Of a stretch of DNA of 64,000 nucleotides, positions 33,338-43,983 are shown one piece after another. The notes under the pieces are model-generated. The model was not told the origin of the DNA and made no database searches. It saw nothing but the letters and a program-made list of their open reading frames with translations. Position 1 is the stretch's first letter. Every line of letters begins with the position of its first letter. The stretch lies in contig CAWEYF010000006.1 in NCBI GenBank assembly GCA_963813235.1, forward strand, positions 42,916 through 106,915. Direction: 5' to 3'. A program made the translations under genes and the position numbers. The DNA comes from Candidatus Aminicenantes bacterium (GTDB lineage Bacteria > Acidobacteriota > Aminicenantia > Aminicenantales > Saccharicenantaceae).

Positions 33338-34015
33338 ATGCCGAGGATCGCCATCATCGATAACGCCATAGACCCGGAGGTCTATCGTCCCGTCCGACAC
33401 TGGAGCCGATGGCTGACGGGGGATTGGGACTCGTTCGAAGCCCGTAACGGCCGGCTGCCCTCCCTGGACGACGGATTCAGTCATATCCTCCTGACGGGGT
33501 CCGAGGCCTCCATCCTGGAGAGGCCGCCCTGGGCCGAGGCCGAGGTCGCCCTTGTACGGGACGCGCTGGCCCGAGGCATCCCGATCCTGGGGAGCTGTTA
33601 CGGCCACCAGCTCCTCGCCCTGGCCATCGGGGGTCCCCGATACGTCCGGAGGTGCCGGGAACCCGAGATCGGCTGGCTCCCCATCCGGGTGCTGGGGAAT
33701 GACCCCCTGCTCGGACCGGCCCGGACCGCCCACGCGTTCACCATTCATTTCGACGAGGTCGTCGACCCGGATGGACTCCTGACCGTGTTGGCTGGGACAT
33801 CCGTTTGCCCTATCCATGCCTTCCGTTACGGCGCGAGGCCCGTTTGGGGCGTCCAGTCCCACCCTGAGATCGGCCCGGAGGACGGGATGGAGCTCCTTGG
33901 GGCAGAGCTCGAACGGGGTTACGCGGGGGGCTCCCTGATCGAACAGGCCCTGCGTTCCGAGCCCCGGGACGACGGTCTCGTCGTGTCGGTCGTCGCGGCG
34001 TTCCTCCAGGGCTGA
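33338..34015 (+). CDS. class I glutamine amidotransferase-like protein
   Basis: GATase1 Cys-His pattern (GSCYGHQLLA...QSHPE). Start taken at MPRIAIID. Confidence 0.7.
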   Translation: MPRIAIIDNAIDPEVYRPVRHWSRWLTGDWDSFEARNGRLPSLDDGFSHILLTGSEASILERPPWAEAEVALVRDALARGIPILGSCYGHQLLALAIGGPRYVRRCREPEIGWLPIRVLGNDPLLGPARTAHAFTIHFDEVVDPDGLLTVLAGTSVCPIHAFRYGARPVWGVQSHPEIGPEDGMELLGAELERGYAGGSLIEQALRSEPRDDGLVVSVVAAFLQG

Positions 34016-34112
34016 GAAACGAGTGTTTTTTGCTTGACAAATCCGCCCGGATATACATAATCAATATATGTCGGCCCGGGGAACGGGTTCACCAAAAAAC
34101 AAGGAGGAACGG

Positions 34113-35585
34113 ATGAAGAACAAAAGGATCGTCCCGATTCTCGTAATCATCGGGTTGATCGTTTTCGCGGTCAGCTCCTATGCCGAGGTCACGAAGCTCA
34201 AGACCATCGGCCGCTACACATTTGCCCGGGTCAAAGGGAATATCCCTACGGCTGAGGTCATGAAGACCGTCGTCGACCGGTACGCCGCCGACATCAAGCT
34301 CGGATTCGACATGGCCGGATACGGGGACATCTACCTGCCGTTCCTGGATCAGATGAAGGCCGGCCCCTGGGCCGATACGACCCTGGCCGTCGGCGACCGG
34401 ATGATGTGGATGCTCTTCCGGAACCGGGGCGAGGTCAAGGTGACCAAGGAGATCGAGTGGGCGGGCAAGGCCCCCCTCGAGGTCTTCGCCATCGATGTCA
34501 CCCGGGACTACAAGATCTATCACTTCATCATCCCCAAGCCCTGCGGCAACATCGCCTTGAGGAACATCGAGGATGCGCCGCCGCCGCTCGCCGTCTGCAG
34601 CCTGGTCGTCACGCCCGAGAAGGCCAACCTCAACGATCCCATCACGATCGATATGAGCGGCACCCTTAATGCCAAGAGCATGGTCGTCGAAGTCGTCGAC
34701 GCTCAAGGGAACAAGGTGGCGAGCCAGAACCTGACGCCCGATTCCCCGAAGTGGCAGACCAAGTTCGACAAGCCCGGCGAATACGTCTTCAAGGCGAGCG
34801 CCCTGAACCTCCGGGACATTATCTCGGACAACCCCTGCCAGGCCAAGACCTACATCAATTTCCCGCCCGTCTGCAAGCTCTTGACGTCCTGCCTGCCCTG
34901 CGAGGATTACGTGGGCCGGCCGATAGCGTTCGACGCCTCCGGCTCCACGGACCCGGACGGAGAGATCATCAAGGCCGTCTTCGAGATCACGGACGCCACG
35001 GGCGCCGTCATCGACACTTTCACCAAAACCGACAAGCCTCTGCTGTGGGAAAAGATCTTCCAGAAGGAGGGCGTCTACACCATCAGCGCCACCGTCTTTG
35101 ACAATGCCGGCGCGGTTTCGCCCGCTTCCGATGCCTGCCGCCTCTCCTTCGAGGTGACCCAGAAGAGGTTCTTCTGGATGTTCGAAGCCGGCCCCTTGAT
35201 CGCCCGCGGGACCTACACGGCCTACGGCTTCGTCAGGGGCGGCCTATTCTACTGGCTCGCGCCCAACCGGCTCAGCCTGGTCGCTTCGGCCGGCGGCGCC
35301 GTCCCGACGCAGGGCGATCCCTGGAAGTTCATGTTCCTGGCCAACCTCCTGGCCAACGTCCATGCCGGCCCCGCCTTCTTCGGCGCCGGGCTCGGCTACA
35401 GCACCAAGGAGCAGGTCACGCGGAAATCCGGGGTGGACTGGGTGACGAACATCGGCGTCGACGTCTTCAACAAGTGGACCAGCATGGGCTCGATCTTCTT
35501 CGAGTTCCGCGGCCCGCTCGGCGGCAGCGGACGCGACTTCGACCATCACCACAAGTTCGCCCTTGGCTTCAGGTACATGTTCTAG
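34113..35585 (+). CDS. outer-membrane protein with PKD-like repeats and a C-terminal beta-barrel
   Basis: Signal peptide MKNKRIVPILVIIGLIVFAVSSYA after AAGGAGG. PKD-like DASGSTDPDGEI motif. C-terminus ...FALGFRYMF ends in an aromatic residue, as outer-membrane beta-barrels do. Confidence 0.5.
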   Translation: MKNKRIVPILVIIGLIVFAVSSYAEVTKLKTIGRYTFARVKGNIPTAEVMKTVVDRYAADIKLGFDMAGYGDIYLPFLDQMKAGPWADTTLAVGDRMMWMLFRNRGEVKVTKEIEWAGKAPLEVFAIDVTRDYKIYHFIIPKPCGNIALRNIEDAPPPLAVCSLVVTPEKANLNDPITIDMSGTLNAKSMVVEVVDAQGNKVASQNLTPDSPKWQTKFDKPGEYVFKASALNLRDIISDNPCQAKTYINFPPVCKLLTSCLPCEDYVGRPIAFDASGSTDPDGEIIKAVFEITDATGAVIDTFTKTDKPLLWEKIFQKEGVYTISATVFDNAGAVSPASDACRLSFEVTQKRFFWMFEAGPLIARGTYTAYGFVRGGLFYWLAPNRLSLVASAGGAVPTQGDPWKFMFLANLLANVHAGPAFFGAGLGYSTKEQVTRKSGVDWVTNIGVDVFNKWTSMGSIFFEFRGPLGGSGRDFDHHHKFALGFRYMF

Positions 35586-36205
35586 GGTCCGACCGAACCG
35601 CAAGACACGGGCCGGGGGCTCACGCCTCCGGCCCATTTTTTTGGACGGCAATGAATTCTGCGGATCGCCTTCTCAGGACTGGGCGTGCGGCGATGAAAGC
35701 CGCCCCTCTCCCCCGACCCCCTGGAACCAGTCCCGGCGGTTCCCCCCACCGTAGGCGGCGGGGCCCCCCTCCGCTACGGGGGATTTCGGGGCGGCCTTCA
35801 TCACCGTTATCCCGTTCGTCCTTTGTGCGGCGATCTATCTCGCCAGGCTGAAGTCCGTGGGCAGGGGGCACGGACGGGGCGGACCGAGCGGACGTGGAGG
35901 GTTTAGCCCGTCCGAAGCCGATTTCGAGGAGATTCGGGCTCGTATGTCTGAGCGCACGAGGATCTTGGACCTAGGCCATTTTGGGCATGATCAGGACCTA
36001 GGATTCCAAGCGAGTTCGCGAGTTACGAGACCGCCGATGAAATCGGCGAGGGCGCGGCGTTAAAAACCCGACCGGGAGCAAGGCCGGCCCGTCCGCGCTC
36101 ATTATCCAGCCCACGTAATGTTAGCGTAGGAATGTCCCGGAGTCCGTCGAAGGCGATCCGCGAAGGATCAGGCGAGGAGGCGGTCTATGAGGCCGGGGGG
36201 GAGGA

Positions 36206-36498
36206 TTATCCGGAGAGCTTGCCGAGCTTGGCGAGCTCGTCATTGTAATATTTTCGATAGAGGATCTCCCACTCCCGGCTGCCCTCCTCGATGGCCTTCT
36301 TCTGGGAGTGGATCTTGTCCACGGCCTTCTTGTCGAGGGCTTCGTAGAGCTTCATCTCCTCTTCGATGGACTTGACGACGATGAGGCGGATCTCGTTCGG
36401 GTCGTCGAGGAACTCGACCTGCTCGTTCGTCGTGAGGGCGGTGATGACCTGGCGGGCGAGGTGGGTGATCTTTTCCCGCGACAGCTTGTTGCTCACAG
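36206..36498 (-). CDS. DUF507-family protein (second of a tandem pair)
   Basis: VSNKLSREKITHLARQVITALTTNEQVEFLDDPNEIRL... is paralogous to the upstream copy. Its GTG start overlaps the upstream stop (GTGA). Confidence 0.55.
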
Positions 36499-36771
36499 GA
36501 CGATGTTCCTTTCCCTGGCCAGCTTCATCTTGATCATCCGGAACATCGTCTGGTACTCGATGTTCTCCCGGCGGATCTTTTCCATGTGCTTCCCAAGGAT
36601 CTCCCTGACCTCCTGGTCCAGCTTGTCCTCCTTCATGAACTCGTCCAGGATCAGGTTCGTCATCTCCTCGAGGAGCCGGTTGCGGTCCTCGACGATGATC
36701 TTGCCCTCCTTGGACAAGTTGCGCAGGATCACGAAGGCCAGGTGTTCGATCTGGTTCTTGTTCAGCCTCAT
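36493..36771 (-). CDS. DUF507-family protein (first of a tandem pair)
   Basis: 92 aa: MRLNKNQIEHLAFVILRNLSKEGKIIVEDRNRLLEEMTNLILDEF... Confidence 0.6.
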   Translation of the reverse strand: MRLNKNQIEHLAFVILRNLSKEGKIIVEDRNRLLEEMTNLILDEFMKEDKLDQEVREILGKHMEKIRRENIEYQTMFRMIKMKLARERNIVL

Positions 36772-36865
36772 GTCCTAGATAAGATATAGTATCCCGCCCC
36801 AAAATTCAAGGACGGACTGTCAATTAAATTGACATGGGCGGCCGCCGGGGAACACGGCGCAGGGA

Positions 36866-37786
36866 TCAGTCCGCCAGGACGAGGAAGGGCGAGAGACCCG
36901 CATCCTCCCCTGAGCGACGGGCCAGGGCCAGGAGCCGCCCGTCCCCTCCGAAGAGGCGGAAGACGGCGTCGTCCCTCCCCTGGGCTTCGCCTGTTGCCCT
37001 CCCGGACGGGGGGAGGACGTGTTCCGGGAGTATCCGGTTGCCGTGCCGGGCGCGCTCGGCCCCTTCGGGGCGGAGGACGAGCGCCGGGAGCTCGGGGAGG
37101 AGCCCCTCCATCGGGAGCAGCAACCGGTCCCGCTTGCCGGACCGGATCATGGATTCCACGTCGTCCAGGGTCCTGGCATCCTCCAGGCGGAACGGTCCGC
37201 TGGCCGTTCTCCGGAGCGAGGCAAGGTGGGCCCCGCAGGCGAGGGCGCGCCCGAGATCGTGGGCCAGCGAACGGACGTATGTTCCCGCCGAGCATTCGAT
37301 GTCGACCGCGGCGAGCGGAGGGGACCAGGAGACGAGCTCGAACCGGCGCACGACGACCTCCCGAGGCTCGATCGGGACCTCCCGGTTGGCCCGGGCCAGC
37401 TTGTAAAGGGGTTGGCCGGCTTTCTTAACGGCGGAGTAAGCGGGCGGGGCCTGGAGGATCGGCCCTTCGAAGCGGCGCATCGCCTCCCGCAGGGCTGCTT
37501 CGGCCGGGAGGTCGGCGGACTCCGGAATTGTCGGGCGGCCCGAGGCGTCATAAGTATCCGTCGCGAAGCCGAAACGGACCGTCGCCGCGTAGCCTTTATC
37601 GTGCCCGGAGAGAAAGGGGAAGAGGCGGGCGGCCCGGCCGACGGCGACGAGGAGCACTCCCGTGGCCTCGGGGTCAAGCGTCCCGCAGTGTCCCGTCTTA
37701 GCCCCCCCGAGGAGCCCGCGGATGCGGGCGACGACGTCGTGGGACGTGGGGCCGCGCGGCTTGTCGACGACGATCAATCCGTCCAA
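36866..37786 (-). CDS. truB: tRNA pseudouridine(55) synthase
   Basis: VVDKPRGPTSHDVV and GHCGTLDPEATGVLLVAVGRA catalytic-Asp motif. Confidence 0.9.
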   Translation of the reverse strand: MDGLIVVDKPRGPTSHDVVARIRGLLGGAKTGHCGTLDPEATGVLLVAVGRAARLFPFLSGHDKGYAATVRFGFATDTYDASGRPTIPESADLPAEAALREAMRRFEGPILQAPPAYSAVKKAGQPLYKLARANREVPIEPREVVVRRFELVSWSPPLAAVDIECSAGTYVRSLAHDLGRALACGAHLASLRRTASGPFRLEDARTLDDVESMIRSGKRDRLLLPMEGLLPELPALVLRPEGAERARHGNRILPEHVLPPSGRATGEAQGRDDAVFRLFGGDGRLLALARRSGEDAGLSPFLVLAD

Positions 37787-37821
37787 AGGGGCCTTTCTTC
37801 GCCGGGCGCGCGCCGGCGGGG

Positions 37822-38808
37822 TCAGGAGGGCGGGTCTCCGGCCGGGTTGGCCCGGAGCAGGCCTTCGACGATCCGCGGGATCTCCACGATGAGCTGTTCA
37901 TAGGGCCCGAGGGCCGTGAACCCGGAGGCGTGGACGTGGCCACCACCACTGAAGTGCTCCGCGACCAGGGCCGCGTTGGCGTTCCCCTTCGACCGGAGGC
38001 TGACCCGGAACACGTCCCGGTCCATCTCTTTAAAGAACAGGACCATCTCCACGCCCTTGATGGAGCGGGCGAGGGTCAGGATGTCCTCGGTGTCGATCTC
38101 CTTGAGGTTGAGGTCCGCGAGGTTCTTCCGGAACATCGTGATGGCCGCGATGTTGCCCCCGGCGTTCATCCGGAGCGTCGCAAGGACCTGGCCCAGCAGG
38201 ATGATCTTCTCCGGCGTGTTGTTGGCATAAAGCCTGTCGGAGACGCGGATGGGGCTCGCCCCGAGGGCGGCGAGCTTGTGGCAGGCCTCGAAGGCACGGG
38301 CCGTCGTGTTCGAAAACTGGAACGAGCCCGTGTCCGAAACGATGGCGCTGTAGAGGTTTTCGGCGATCTCCGGCCCGATCGGGACCCCGAGGCGTTCGCC
38401 GAGCTCTAAGATCATTTCGCCGACGGCTGAGGCTTGAGGGTTGATCCAGTTGATGTCGGCGTATTTGAAATTGGAGTAGTGGTGGTCGATGTTGATCTTG
38501 TAGCAGTCGCCCAGATTCTCCTGCCCCGATCGGGAGACGTCGGCGCACTCCAGGAGGATGACACAGTCGTATCCGGCCGGGTCGATCTGGCCGATCCGGA
38601 TGCGGCGGGCGTCCGGGAAATGGCAGAAGGGGAAGGGCGTGTTGTCCCGGTTGACGACGGCCATCTCCTTGCCGAGCGCCTCGCCCATCATGGCCAGGGC
38701 GAGGCTCGTGCAGACCGAGTCGCCGTCCGGCCGGAGGTGCGAGGTGATGGCGATGCGCCGGCATTCTCCGATCCGGCGGACGATCGATGCGACGGGATCA
38801 GTCTTCAT
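37822..38808 (-). CDS. nrnA: DHH/DHHA1 oligoribonuclease/pAp phosphatase
   Basis: DHH motifs (ITSHLRPDGDSVCT, NIDHH) and DHHA1 (GGGH). Confidence 0.8.
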   Translation of the reverse strand: MKTDPVASIVRRIGECRRIAITSHLRPDGDSVCTSLALAMMGEALGKEMAVVNRDNTPFPFCHFPDARRIRIGQIDPAGYDCVILLECADVSRSGQENLGDCYKINIDHHYSNFKYADINWINPQASAVGEMILELGERLGVPIGPEIAENLYSAIVSDTGSFQFSNTTARAFEACHKLAALGASPIRVSDRLYANNTPEKIILLGQVLATLRMNAGGNIAAITMFRKNLADLNLKEIDTEDILTLARSIKGVEMVLFFKEMDRDVFRVSLRSKGNANAALVAEHFSGGGHVHASGFTALGPYEQLIVEIPRIVEGLLRANPAGDPPS

Positions 38809-39148
38809 GCTTCTTGGCCATCTCGATCAGCCGGTCCAGGCGTTCCCCGTACTCGGGGGCCGGATCCGGTAAAAAAATGAGTTCGGGATTATACTTCAAA
38901 TTCACCCGGGCGGCAAGGAGCCTGCGGACGTCGGCTTTCCTTTTTTCGAGCCGGGCGAAAACCTCCTCCGGCCCGTCACCGCCGAAGACGCTCACGAAGA
39001 CCCGGGCCGTCATCAGATCGGGGGTCATTTCGACCCGCGTCACGGTGATGATCCAGGGCCCGGGGCCCTGGAATTCCTCGATGAGGAACCGTCCCAGCTC
39101 CTCCATGATCCTGCGGCCCACGCGCTTGGCCCGGCGGTCTTCCGTCAT
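38798..39148 (-). CDS. rbfA: ribosome-binding factor A
   Basis: 116 aa. Start trimmed to MTEDRRAKRVGRRIMEEL... (ATG at 39148 with GGAGGGG upstream). Canonical position downstream of infB. Confidence 0.85.
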   Translation of the reverse strand: MTEDRRAKRVGRRIMEELGRFLIEEFQGPGPWIITVTRVEMTPDLMTARVFVSVFGGDGPEEVFARLEKRKADVRRLLAARVNLKYNPELIFLPDPAPEYGERLDRLIEMAKKHED

Positions 39149-39173
39149 GTCCCCTCCGTTCCCGGACCCCGTT

Positions 39174-39455
39174 TCAGTAATACTCGATCCGGTGCTCGAC
39201 GATCGTGCCGCCGATCGTCCCCTCGGCCTCGCGGAGGACCCGCGTGAGCAGTTCCTCGACGACCGCCCGGCTGCTGTTGACGGCGGCGACGCCGATCCGG
39301 GCCCTCTGCCACTTGTCCTGGAATTCGACCTCGGCCAGGGAGACATTGTGACGGTTCCGGACGCGGTCCTTGAACCCCTTGAGCGAGTGCCTCTTGTCCT
39401 TCAGCGAACGGGCGTAAGGGAAGAAGACCTCGAGGGTCAGGACTCCGACGACCAT
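39174..39455 (-). CDS. DUF503-family protein
   Basis: 93 aa: MVVGVLTLEVFFPYARSLKDKRHSLKGFKDRV... Confidence 0.7.
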   Translation of the reverse strand: MVVGVLTLEVFFPYARSLKDKRHSLKGFKDRVRNRHNVSLAEVEFQDKWQRARIGVAAVNSSRAVVEELLTRVLREAEGTIGGTIVEHRIEYY

Positions 39456-39460
39456 GGGTC

Positions 39461-41509
39461 CTACTCGGCCTTGACCTTCTCCTTGACGTAAGCCTCGAGG
39501 AGGTCCCCCGGCTGGACGTCATGGAACTTGTCGAGAGCGATCCCGCACTCGTAATCCTTCTTGACCTCGGTGACGTTCTCCTTGACGTGCTTCAGCGAGG
39601 AGATCCGTCCCGAGTGGATGACCACCTTGTTCCTCAGGACGCGGATCTCGGCGTTCCGCGCGATCTTCCCGTCGGTGACGTAGCAGCCCGCGATCGTCCC
39701 GACCTTGGGGATCTGGAACGTCCGCCGGACCTCGGCCCGGCCCTGATAGACCTCCCGGATGACGGGTTCCAACATTCCGACCAAGGCCTTCTTGATGTCC
39801 TCGGTGAGCTCGTAGATGATCTTGTAGGTCCGGATCTCCACGTTCTCCTTATTGGCCATCTCCTGGACCTTCGGGCTGGGCTTGATGTTGTAGCCGATGA
39901 TGATGGCGTCGGAGGCCGAGGCCAGGACGATGTCGGCCTCGGTGATGGCCCCGGTCGCCGCGTGGAGGAGGTTGATCTTCACCTTGTCGGAGCTCAGGGA
40001 GGGGAGGACGTCCCGAAGGACCTCGACGCTGCCCTGGACGTCGGCCTTGAGGACGAGCGCGAGCTCCTTTGCCTGGCCTTCCTCGATCTTCTTGAAGAGC
40101 TCGTCCAGGGTGACCCGTTCCGGTTTGACGGGCTCTTCCTTTTTGACCTTGGACAGCCGGTACTGGGCGATCAGCCTGGCGTTCTCCTGGCTCTCGACGA
40201 CCTGGAATGGGCTCCCTGCCGCCGGGACCTCGGAGAACCCGAGGATCTCGACGGGGGCCGACGGCCCCGCGCTCCGGACGGGCTTTCCGGCCTCGTCGAA
40301 CAGAGCCTTGACCTTGCCCGCCGAGGTGCCGGAGACGAATGACTCGCCATGACCCAGCGTGCCGAACTGGACGATGATGGTGGCCAGCGGCCCCTTCTGG
40401 GCATCGAGCCTCGCCTCCAGGACTACGCCCTGGGCCGGGACACGCGGGTTGGCCTTGAGCTCGGCGACATCCGCCGTGAGGACGATCATCTCGAGGAGAT
40501 CGTCGATGTTCTCCTTGGCCTTGGCCGAGATCTCGACGCTGACGACCTTGCCCCCCCACGATTCGACGAGGAGGCCTTCCTTGGACAGCTGCTGTTTGAC
40601 CCGCTCGGCGTTGGCCTCGGGCTTGTCCATCTTGTTGATGGCCACGATGATCGGGACGCCGGCGGCCTTGGCGTGGTCGATGGCCTCTTTGGTCTGGGGC
40701 ATCACGCCGTCGTCGGCGGCGACGACCAGGACGACGATGTCGGTGAGCCGGGCCCCGCGCGCCCGGAGCTGAGTGAAAGCCTCGTGACCCGGGGTGTCGA
40801 TGAATGTGATCGGCCGGTTCTTGTGGCTGACGCGGTAGGCCCCGATGTGCTGGGTGATGCCTCCGGATTCCTTGTCCACGAGCCGGGAAGAGCGGATGGC
40901 GTCGAGCAGAGTCGTCTTTCCGTGGTCGACGTGGCCCATGATGGTCACGATGGGCGGCCTCGGGAGGAGGTCGGCCGGCCGGTTATCGGCCCGGAGCTTC
41001 GCCTCCTGCTCGACGGAAAGGAATTCGACGTCGGCGTCAAGGGCCCGGGCCAGAGGCTCGACATGCGCGGCGTCCACGAGGTCGTTGGCCGTAAGGGCCA
41101 GGCCCCTTTCCCCGAGCTTGTCGAGGAGGTTCCTGAGCTTCATCTTCATCATCTCGGCGACGTCCTTGACGAGGTGCCCTTCCCTCAGGAGGAGCTTTGG
41201 CCGAACCTTCGGGGGCGGAGGCGCCGCGGGCTTGACGATCGGCTTGGCGGCGGTCGTGGGTTTGACGGCCATCGCGGGCGTCAGGGGTTTGACCGGCGTC
41301 GCGGGCTTGGCGGGTGTCGGGGGCGTCAAGGGCTTGACGGGTATCGCTGGCCTGACGGGTGTCGGGGGCGTCAAGGGCTTGACGGGCATCGCTGGCTTGA
41401 CGGGGGTCGAGGGTCTGACGGGAGCCGCGGGCTTGACCGGCGTCACGGGTTTGGCGGCCGTCGTGGGTCGGACAGGCATCACGGGTTTTTTGGGTGGGAT
41501 GTTGTTCAT
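39461..41509 (-). CDS. infB: translation initiation factor IF-2
   Basis: 682 aa. Pro-rich repeat N-terminus, then the G-domain ([24 protein letters not shown]) and C-terminal domains. Confidence 0.95.
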   Translation of the reverse strand: MNNIPPKKPVMPVRPTTAAKPVTPVKPAAPVRPSTPVKPAMPVKPLTPPTPVRPAIPVKPLTPPTPAKPATPVKPLTPAMAVKPTTAAKPIVKPAAPPPPKVRPKLLLREGHLVKDVAEMMKMKLRNLLDKLGERGLALTANDLVDAAHVEPLARALDADVEFLSVEQEAKLRADNRPADLLPRPPIVTIMGHVDHGKTTLLDAIRSSRLVDKESGGITQHIGAYRVSHKNRPITFIDTPGHEAFTQLRARGARLTDIVVLVVAADDGVMPQTKEAIDHAKAAGVPIIVAINKMDKPEANAERVKQQLSKEGLLVESWGGKVVSVEISAKAKENIDDLLEMIVLTADVAELKANPRVPAQGVVLEARLDAQKGPLATIIVQFGTLGHGESFVSGTSAGKVKALFDEAGKPVRSAGPSAPVEILGFSEVPAAGSPFQVVESQENARLIAQYRLSKVKKEEPVKPERVTLDELFKKIEEGQAKELALVLKADVQGSVEVLRDVLPSLSSDKVKINLLHAATGAITEADIVLASASDAIIIGYNIKPSPKVQEMANKENVEIRTYKIIYELTEDIKKALVGMLEPVIREVYQGRAEVRRTFQIPKVGTIAGCYVTDGKIARNAEIRVLRNKVVIHSGRISSLKHVKENVTEVKKDYECGIALDKFHDVQPGDLLEAYVKEKVKAE

Positions 41510-42540
41510 GGTTGTGATTCTTCTTGGATAGAGATTTTCCAGCCGACGAGGCGGGAGGCCAGCTTGACGTTGATCCCCTTGCGGCCGATGGCCAGGGAGA
41601 GCTGGTCCCTGGGGACGACGGCCTGGAGGGTCTTATCGTTCCTGTCCAGGACCTGGATGTCGTCGACCCTGGCCGGGCTGAGGGCGGCCTTGGCGTAGGA
41701 CGCCGGGTTCGCGGACCATCCGATGATGTCGATCTTCTCTCCGGCGAGCTCCTTGGAGATGGCCAAAATGCGATTCCCCTTGACGCCGATGCAGGCGCCG
41801 ATCGGGTCGATGTCCCTCTCCAGGCTCTCGACGGCGACCTTGGCCCTTTCGCCGGGCTGGCGGACGACGTCCCGGATGGCGATCGTCCCGTTGGCGATCT
41901 CGGGGATCTCGTTCTCGAGGAGCTTGGCCAGGAACCGGGGGTTCGCCCTCGAAACGACGATCTGCAGGCCCTTGAACCCCTTCTGGACCTGGACGATGAC
42001 CGCCTTGACGGTGTCGCCTCTTCGGAATTCCTCGTTGGGGAGCTTCTCCCGCTCGGGGAAGACGACTTCGGTCCGGTTGACCTCGAGGATGATCATGCCG
42101 TTCTCGAAGCGCCGGGCGATGCCGGTGACGATCTCGCCGATCCGGGGCGCGAACTGGCCGTAGAGCTTCTCCTGCTCGGCATCCCGCACCTTCTGGAAGA
42201 TGACCTGCTTAGCGGCCTGGGCGGCGATGCGTCCGAGCGTGTCGGCCGGGAGATCGATCTCGATCTCGTCTCCGGGGTTCGCCCCGCGCCGGACCTCCCG
42301 GGCCTCCTCGACGGAGACCTCGCGGGCCGGGTCCCCGACCTCCAGCACGACCTTTTTGGGGACATAGACCCGGAGCTCCCCCTTTTCGGGGCGGAACAGG
42401 ACCCGGATCTCCTCGCCGTGGACGAAGTGGCAGGACGATGCGACGCGCAGGGACTCCTCGATGGCCTGGATGATGATGCGAGGCTCGACCCCGCGCTCTT
42501 TGCTGAGCTGGAGGATCGAGTTCCAGACGTTGACTTTCAT
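41506..42540 (-). CDS. nusA: transcription termination/antitermination factor NusA (short form without C-terminal acidic repeats)
   Basis: 344 aa with N-terminal domain, S1 and KH1/KH2. 4-nt overlap with infB. Confidence 0.9.
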   Translation of the reverse strand: MKVNVWNSILQLSKERGVEPRIIIQAIEESLRVASSCHFVHGEEIRVLFRPEKGELRVYVPKKVVLEVGDPAREVSVEEAREVRRGANPGDEIEIDLPADTLGRIAAQAAKQVIFQKVRDAEQEKLYGQFAPRIGEIVTGIARRFENGMIILEVNRTEVVFPEREKLPNEEFRRGDTVKAVIVQVQKGFKGLQIVVSRANPRFLAKLLENEIPEIANGTIAIRDVVRQPGERAKVAVESLERDIDPIGACIGVKGNRILAISKELAGEKIDIIGWSANPASYAKAALSPARVDDIQVLDRNDKTLQAVVPRDQLSLAIGRKGINVKLASRLVGWKISIQEESQP

Positions 42541-42634
42541 GGCGACGATCTTGATTCCTCGGGGAACCGGAAAGACAAGAAATTATACCCAAATCCCGGT
42601 CGAATAGCAACGCGATGGGGTTTGAGGTTCGAGG

Positions 42635-43966
42635 TCAGAGGATCGTTCCCGCATACTCCCCGACGAGGCTGTAGGGGCCGCAGTCCGTGACGAGGACGTC
42701 GACGAAGCGCCCCCGGACGTCTTCGGGTGCGGTGAAGTTGACCACCTGGGAGCTCTCGCTCCGGCCGGTGACGCGGCCTCCGCCCTTCCGGCTCTCCCCC
42801 GTGCCGAGGACGCGGACCGTCGTCCCGACGAACGCGCGGTTGCCCGCAAGCTGGAGGCGCTTCTGCAGGTCCTGGAGGGTGATGAGCCTCTTCCTCTTGA
42901 CCTCGGGAGGGACGTCGTCCGCGAGCTTCGCGGCGGCCGTCCGCGGCCGGGGCGAATAACGGAAGGAAAAAATGTTGGCGAAGCGGACCTCTTCGAGGGC
43001 GGACAGGGTCGCCTCGAAATCCTCTTCCGTCTCCCCGGGAAAGCCGACGATGATGTCCGTGCTCAGGCTGATCTCCGGCATGAGGCCCCTGAGCATCGCG
43101 ATCTTCTCCATATAGCCGGCGCGCGTGTACCCCCGGTTCATCCTTTCGAGGACCGCCGACGACCCCGACTGGAGGGGGAGGTGGATCTGACGGCAGACCG
43201 TCGGCCGGTCGGCCATGACCCCGGCTATCTGCGGGGAGAGGTCCCTGGGGTGGGAGGTGAGGAACCGGACCCACGCGATCCCCTCGACGCGGCTCACCCG
43301 GTCGAGGAGCGGCGCGAAGCCCGCTCCCGTCCCCGGGTCGCGGTACGAGTTCACATTCTGCCCGAGGAGCTGGACCTCCTTGTATCCCTTTGCGGCGATG
43401 TCCGCGACCTCGGCCAGAACACGTTCCATCGGCCGGCACTTCTCGCGGCCGCGGGCGAAGGGGACGACGCAATAGGCGCAGAAGTTGTCGCATCCTTCCA
43501 TGATGGGGACATAGGCGCTCGACGGGTCTTCCCGGAGGGTTTTATCCGGGCCGATCTCGTGCCACGCCCGGCTCCGGCCCGTCGCGACACGCCCGCCGCG
43601 CGCCCGTTCCGCGATGAGGCCGGGCAATTCATGATAACGGCCGGGCCCGACGACGAGGTCGATCCTGGGCTTCTTCCGGAGGAGCTCCCCGCGACGGATC
43701 TGGGCCGAACAGCCGGCGACCGCGATGACGACGTCGCGCTTCTTTTGCATGGCCGAGAGGCGGCCGAGAAAGGAGTCGGCTTTGTCCTCGGACTTCCCGC
43801 GGACGGCGCACGTGTTGACAATGACGATATCGCTGCCCTCGAGGGACCCGGACTTCGCGGCCCCTTCGGCGACGAGCAGGCCGGCGAGATGCTCCGAGTC
43901 GTTCTCGTTCATCTGACAGCCGAAGGTCTTGATGAAGAATCGGGACCCTTCCAATGTCCTGTTCAT
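42635..43966 (-). CDS. miaB: tRNA-i6A37 methylthiotransferase
   Basis: UPF0004 N-terminal domain, radical SAM CxxxCxxC (CDNFCAYC) and TRAM C-terminus. Start trimmed to MNRTLEGSRFFIKTFGCQMNE (ATG at 43966). Confidence 0.9.
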   Translation of the reverse strand: MNRTLEGSRFFIKTFGCQMNENDSEHLAGLLVAEGAAKSGSLEGSDIVIVNTCAVRGKSEDKADSFLGRLSAMQKKRDVVIAVAGCSAQIRRGELLRKKPRIDLVVGPGRYHELPGLIAERARGGRVATGRSRAWHEIGPDKTLREDPSSAYVPIMEGCDNFCAYCVVPFARGREKCRPMERVLAEVADIAAKGYKEVQLLGQNVNSYRDPGTGAGFAPLLDRVSRVEGIAWVRFLTSHPRDLSPQIAGVMADRPTVCRQIHLPLQSGSSAVLERMNRGYTRAGYMEKIAMLRGLMPEISLSTDIIVGFPGETEEDFEATLSALEEVRFANIFSFRYSPRPRTAAAKLADDVPPEVKRKRLITLQDLQKRLQLAGNRAFVGTTVRVLGTGESRKGGGRVTGRSESSQVVNFTAPEDVRGRFVDVLVTDCGPYSLVGEYAGTIL

Positions 43967-43983
43967 GCGTTGTCCGGCGTGCT

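Noticed and set aside
35857-36063. 68-aa ORF in the 620-bp spacer.
   Set aside because: Gly/Arg-rich, with no RBS or similarity I can recognise. It is kept only as part of the spacer finding.
42541-42634. rimP upstream of nusA.
   Set aside because: Only 95 bp separate miaB and nusA, and no RimP-like ORF fits in any frame.
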